DNA of 64,000 bases from an uncultured delta proteobacterium. GTDB taxonomy: Bacteria > Myxococcota_A > Polyangia > Polyangiales > Polyangiaceae. The position numbers and the translations under genes are program-made. Location of the stretch: the NCBI GenBank assembly GCA_963763745.1, contig CAVXQJ010000016.1, positions 257,029-321,028 of the forward strand. Direction: 5' to 3'. Below, piece by piece: positions 60,187 to 64,000 of the stretch; the stretch's first letter is position 1, and each line of letters starts with the position of its first letter. Under the pieces are notes generated by a model. It saw only the letters and a list, made by a program, of their open reading frames with translations, was not told the origin of the DNA and ran no database searches.

Positions 60187-61341
60187 GAAATGCGAGTCCT
60201 CAAGCCGCGCCGCGCCGCACCGTCGGACGCGGTTCGCCCGACGCGCGCGGAGATCAACCTCGAGGCGCTTCGCTCCAATTTGCATTCTGCAAAGAAACGC
60301 GCGGGCGGCGCGAAGGTGTGGGCCGTGCTCAAGGCGGACGCATACGGACACGGCGCGCCCGCCGTCGCGCGCACGCTCGAGCGCGCCGGCGCGGATGGTT
60401 TTTGCGTCGCGCTTCTCGAAGAAGGCGTCGAGCTTCGCGAGGCGGGAATCGTCGCGCCGATTTTGTTGATGGGCGGCTACTACCCTGGCGCGCACGCCGA
60501 GGTGATCGCGAAGAACCTCACGCCCGTCGTCTACGACGTGTCGCAGATCGATGCGTTCGCGCGGCTCGCGCGAAGCGGTGAAGCGCAGCGTCCCATACGC
60601 GTGCATCTCAAAGTCGACACGGGCATGGCGCGCCTCGGCGTCACGATGCAAGCGCTTCCGGATCTCGCCGCTGCGCTCGACGATTTTCCCGAGATCGAAG
60701 TCTCCGGTTTGATGACGCACCTCGCGTGCGCGGAGGACGGGCCCGACGCGACGACGGAGCAGATGACGCTCTTCGACGAAGCGACCGCGCTCCTCGCCGC
60801 ACGCGGCATTCGCCCGCCGGTTCGTCACGCCGCGAACAGCGCCGCGCTCTACGCGAACGTCTCGCCGCTCGATGCGGTGAGGCCCGGCATCGCGATCTTC
60901 GGCGCGGCGCCCGGCGTGCCGGATCTGAAGCTCGTCATGCGCGTGCGCACGGAGATCGTGTCGCTGCGCGATCTCCCCGCGTCTGCGCCCATCGGTTATG
61001 GCGCGACGTTTCACACGAAGCGCCCCTCGCGCATCGCGACCATCCCGATGGGCTACGCCGATGGCCTCTCGCGCGCGCTGACGAATGTGGGCCACGTGCT
61101 CGTGCGCGGCAAGCGCGCGCCGATCGTCGGCGCGGTTTCGATGGACATGACGATGATCGACGTGACCGACATCGCGGGCGCCTGTCTTCGCGACGAAGCC
61201 GTCGTCCTCGGCGCGCAAGAGGGCCCGCTCGGCAAAGACGCGATCAGCGCCGATGAAATCGCGCGCGCCATCGGGACGATCCCGTGGGAGGTCCTCACGG
61301 CCGTCTCGCGCCGCGTCCCGCGTTTTTACCGCGAGCCCTAA
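60187..61341 (+). CDS. alr: Alanine racemase
   Basis: PLP-Lys motif VWAVLKADAYGHGA; ...GFCVALLEEG...; C-terminal ...MDMTMIDVTD.... The start could instead be the GTG at 60178. Confidence 0.9.
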   Translation, partial: EMRVLKPRRAAPSDAVRPTRAEINLEALRSNLHSAKKRAGGAKVWAVLKADAYGHGAPAVARTLERAGADGFCVALLEEGVELREAGIVAPILLMGGYYPGAHAEVIAKNLTPVVYDVSQIDAFARLARSGEAQRPIRVHLKVDTGMARLGVTMQALPDLAAALDDFPEIEVSGLMTHLACAEDGPDATTEQMTLFDEATALLAARGIRPPVRHAANSAALYANVSPLDAVRPGIAIFGAAPGVPDLKLVMRVRTEIVSLRDLPASAPIGYGATFHTKRPSRIATIPMGYADGLSRALTNVGHVLVRGKRAPIVGAVSMDMTMIDVTDIAGACLRDEAVVLGAQEGPLGKDAISADEIARAIGTIPWEVLTAVSRRVPRFYREP

Positions 61342-61346
61342 AGTCG

Positions 61347-62174
61347 ATGGCGAGCACGACGATGAAGGCCGAACAGGAAGAAGAAGAGACATCGTCGTCG
61401 TCGTCGGTGTTCTTCACGGTGTTCTCGCCGCTGCTCGACATGCTCGACGACATCGGCGGCACGGTCTCGCTCGCCGCGCGCACCATCGCGTGGATGATCA
61501 GGCCGCCGCTCCGCATCGCTCAGCTCTTTTCCGCGCTCGATTTCATCGGCGCGGGCTCGACGTTCATCGTCGCGCTCGTCGGCATCTTCACGGGCATGGC
61601 GTTCACCGTGAGCACGATCGTCGGATTCCGGCAGTTCTCCGCGGAGAACATGGTCGGCGGCGTCGTGTCGCTCGCGCTCGCACGCGAGCTCGCGCCCGTC
61701 CTCGCGTGCGTCGTGCTCACGGCGCGCGCAGGCAGCACGATGGCGAGCGAGCTCGGCAACATGCGCGTCACCGAACAGATCGACGCGATCACGACGATGG
61801 GCGTGAGCCCCGTGCAGTATCTCGTCGTGCCGCGCGTCGTCGCGAGCATCATCGTCGCGCCGATGCTCGCGATCGTCTTCGGTCTCGCGGGCATGTTCGG
61901 CGCGTGGATCGTCGGCGTGATCTGGCAGGGCATCGACCCGGGCCTCTTCATCGATCGCGTGCGGCAGTTCCTCATGTGGCGAGACATCCGCATGTGCATC
62001 GTGAAGGCGCTCGTGTTCGGCGGGCTCGTCAGCATCATTTGTTGCAAGAAGGGTTTCTACGCGACGGGCGGCGCGCGCGGCGTGGGCGAGGCGACAGCCA
62101 AAGCTGTCGTCGCGAGCATCGTCGTGATCTTTTGCGCGGACTACGTCTTGACCACGTTGATGACCGACATCTAA
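61347..62174 (+). CDS. MlaE/YrbE-family ABC transporter permease
   Basis: ...FTVSTIVGFRQFSAENMVGGVVSLALARELAPVLACVVLTARAGSTMASELGNMRVTEQIDAITTMGVSPVQYLVVPRV... matches the MlaE permease core. Confidence 0.8.
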   Translation: MASTTMKAEQEEEETSSSSSVFFTVFSPLLDMLDDIGGTVSLAARTIAWMIRPPLRIAQLFSALDFIGAGSTFIVALVGIFTGMAFTVSTIVGFRQFSAENMVGGVVSLALARELAPVLACVVLTARAGSTMASELGNMRVTEQIDAITTMGVSPVQYLVVPRVVASIIVAPMLAIVFGLAGMFGAWIVGVIWQGIDPGLFIDRVRQFLMWRDIRMCIVKALVFGGLVSIICCKKGFYATGGARGVGEATAKAVVASIVVIFCADYVLTTLMTDI

Positions 62175-62207
62175 GACGAGGAACGAAAACGACAACGGGA
62201 GGGACCG

Positions 62208-62768
62208 ATGCGTATCGCAGCTTGCGTGATGTTCTTGATCGCTTGTGGGAATCAAGCAGCGCCCGAGGCGACGACGCCGACGGCGACCGCGCAGGCGAGC
62301 GCGACGGCGCCGGCGACCGCGTCGGCTGCACCCAGCGTGACCGCGAGCGCGGCACCGAGCGCGACTGCGAGCGCGACGCCGCCCGCACCGAGCAAGACCG
62401 TGGGCGAAGTCCTCGCCACCGCCAAAACGATCAAGCTCACGTGGCGCCCCAAGCTCGACTCGACCGACGCAAAGCTCGTCGATGTCACGACGGCCGCGAC
62501 GATCAAAGCGATCGTCGACGCGATCGGCGGCGATCAATCTCCGCAAGGTAACGGCCCCGGCTACATGGCGACGTTCGAGCTCAAGTTCGTCGATCAGGGC
62601 GGAAACCCGCTCGCGACGATCTCGCTCTACTCGTCCGCCACGATGAGCGACTCGAACAAGAAATACGGCCGCATCAACGTCGCCGATGGAACGTACGGCG
62701 GGATCACGGTCGCGAAATACGCCGACCTCCAGAAAAAGCTCAAGTCGCTCGGCGTCGAGCTTCCGTAG
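62208..62768 (+). CDS. Lipoprotein with Ala/Thr/Ser-rich linker, hypothetical
   Basis: RBS GGGAGGG; MRIAACVMFLIACG lipobox. Confidence 0.55.
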   Translation: MRIAACVMFLIACGNQAAPEATTPTATAQASATAPATASAAPSVTASAAPSATASATPPAPSKTVGEVLATAKTIKLTWRPKLDSTDAKLVDVTTAATIKAIVDAIGGDQSPQGNGPGYMATFELKFVDQGGNPLATISLYSSATMSDSNKKYGRINVADGTYGGITVAKYADLQKKLKSLGVELP

Positions 62769-63011
62769 TCAGCCGCTGAGGTCGACGGGCAAACCGTCGT
62801 CGCCGTACTTGCCGTCGCCGTTGTGCGCCTTCTGATGCCTGTGATGCATCGTCGAGTCTGCGAGCGCGGAGCGCACGCGTTGCACGCCGAACGCCACGAT
62901 TGCAGCACCGGCGAGCACGCCAGCGCCAATCAACAACGTCTTCAGAGGCGAACGCCGGCGTTGGATCGGCGGCCACACAATCCGGACGGAGGGGAATTTT
63001 CGAAGGTCCAT
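62769..63011 (-). CDS. Small (80 aa) single-TM protein with His-rich tail, hypothetical
   Basis: MDLRKFPSVRIVWPPIQRRRSPLKTLLIGAGVLAGAAIVAFGV...MHHRHQKAHNGDGKYGDDG; weak. Confidence 0.3.
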   Translation of the reverse strand: MDLRKFPSVRIVWPPIQRRRSPLKTLLIGAGVLAGAAIVAFGVQRVRSALADSTMHHRHQKAHNGDGKYGDDGLPVDLSG

Positions 63012-63039
63012 GCCTAGGGCGAAGCAAACCGCGCGCCGC

Positions 63040-63501
63040 TCACATCGGCTCGTGCGGCGGTCGAACGACGAGCACGGGGCGCGTCGTCGATCGAAGAATT
63101 TTTTCCGCGGCGCTCCCGAGGAGCATGTGCGCAACGCCTTTGCGGCCGTGCGTGCCGATGACGACGAGATCGGCGTTGATCTCGCGCGCGACGGCGCTCA
63201 CGTGATCCCAGATCGCGCCTTCGCGAAGCGCCGGCGTGAGCCGAACGTTCTTGTTCCTGTTCACGCGCGACTCGCACGCGTGGGACAGCGACGCGCGCGC
63301 GGCCGAGAGGATGCGCTCGCTGACGTCTTCCGTCGAGACCATCCGCCCATCCGGATACGCGTAGATGGGAACCTCGACCGCGTGCAAGACGGTGATGTGC
63401 TTCGCGCCGACGACGCTCGCGAGATCGATCGCGTAATCGAGCGCGTAGTCGGAGATGTGGCTGAAGTCGGTCGCGACGAGAATGGTTCGAATGGAGTCCA
63501 T
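63040..63501 (-). CDS. Universal stress protein (UspA family)
   Basis: MDSIRTILVATDFSHISDYALDYAIDLA...ADLVVIGTHGRKGVAHMLLGSAAEKILRSTTRPVLVVR is the classic Usp fold sequence. Confidence 0.85.
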   Translation of the reverse strand: MDSIRTILVATDFSHISDYALDYAIDLASVVGAKHITVLHAVEVPIYAYPDGRMVSTEDVSERILSAARASLSHACESRVNRNKNVRLTPALREGAIWDHVSAVAREINADLVVIGTHGRKGVAHMLLGSAAEKILRSTTRPVLVVRPPHEPM

Positions 63502-63578
63502 GAATCACCTCCTGGACGCATTCCTGCATGGACATCGGAGCATTCGTCATGCCAAGGACTTCGCGAAAGGATTCGGCC

Positions 63579-63971
63579 ATGCCCAAAAAGCTCATCGTTG
63601 GTCTCGCGCTCGTGCTCGCGTGCGGAGGCTCGAGCGCTGCGACCCCAGCCAGCACGACCGCCGCGACCACCACGACGGTTGCGACGCCGAGCGTCGATCA
63701 CGTCGACGGACCGGCCGCGAAAGATCTCGTGAAGAAAGGCGCGATCCTCGTCGACGTGCGCTCGCCCGAAGAGTTCGCGGAGAAGCACATCGAAGGAGCC
63801 ATCAACGTGCCGCTCGATTCGATCGCGTCGCACGACTTCGGCGGCAAGGACAAATCGCTCGTGCTCTATTGTCGCTCCGGCCATCGCAGCGGACAGGCGG
63901 CCGATGTGCTGAAGGCGAACGGCTACACGAACGTGCATCTCCTCGGCGCGATGTCGGCGTGGGGCGACTGA
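63579..63971 (+). CDS. Rhodanese-domain lipoprotein (single-domain sulfurtransferase)
   Basis: MPKKLIVGLALVLAC lipobox; ...ILVDVRSPEEFAEKHIEGAINVP...LVLYCRSGHRSGQAADVL with active-site Cys in the CRSGHRS loop. Confidence 0.8.
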   Translation: MPKKLIVGLALVLACGGSSAATPASTTAATTTTVATPSVDHVDGPAAKDLVKKGAILVDVRSPEEFAEKHIEGAINVPLDSIASHDFGGKDKSLVLYCRSGHRSGQAADVLKANGYTNVHLLGAMSAWGD

Positions 63972-64000
63972 AGCTCGGTCACGGCCGTTCGAACCGGGCG

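Overview
This is a 64 kb, very GC-rich (~70%) chromosomal segment. Gene content points to Myxococcota: a delta-60 repeat protein, two Hanks-type Ser/Thr kinases with membrane anchors, and a large excess of lipoproteins. About 60 protein-coding genes are densely packed, and many adjacent genes overlap stop to start by 4 nt (GTGA or ATGA) or 5 nt (TGATG). I found no rRNA, tRNA or CRISPR array and no recognisable integrase or transposase. Housekeeping genes (proS, dnaJ, uvrD-like helicase, rpoH-like sigma factor, rsmI, alr, an ABC-F ATPase, a heterodimeric ABC exporter) sit among envelope and signalling genes. Main observations: (1) a co-directional minus-strand cluster at 37.3-42.0 kb encodes a bona fide pentameric ligand-gated ion channel homologue next to a cytochrome P460-like CXXCH lipoprotein, a putative b-type cytochrome membrane protein, an outer-membrane beta-barrel and several lipoproteins; (2) directly upstream of it, 42.0-46.5 kb holds two large genes broken by at least a dozen frameshifts, far denser than elsewhere; (3) five otherwise intact genes each carry a single +/-1 frameshift (D-aminoacylase, GMC oxidoreductase, FliI/YscN-type ATPase, rpoH, an ABC exporter), which suggests either sequencing indel errors or pseudogenisation; (4) an orphan type III secretion/flagellar-type ATPase lies next to an AraC regulator with no other secretion genes nearby; (5) two intergenic hairpin elements are built from tandem CCAAAG/CTTTGG-type repeat arms, and one of them encodes the C-terminus of a gene; (6) an AT-rich perfect 11-bp-arm palindrome sits just upstream of an aminoacylase/fatty-acid-hydroxylase/TetR operon. 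All calls come from reading the six-frame translations and the nucleotide sequence by eye; no database search was possible.
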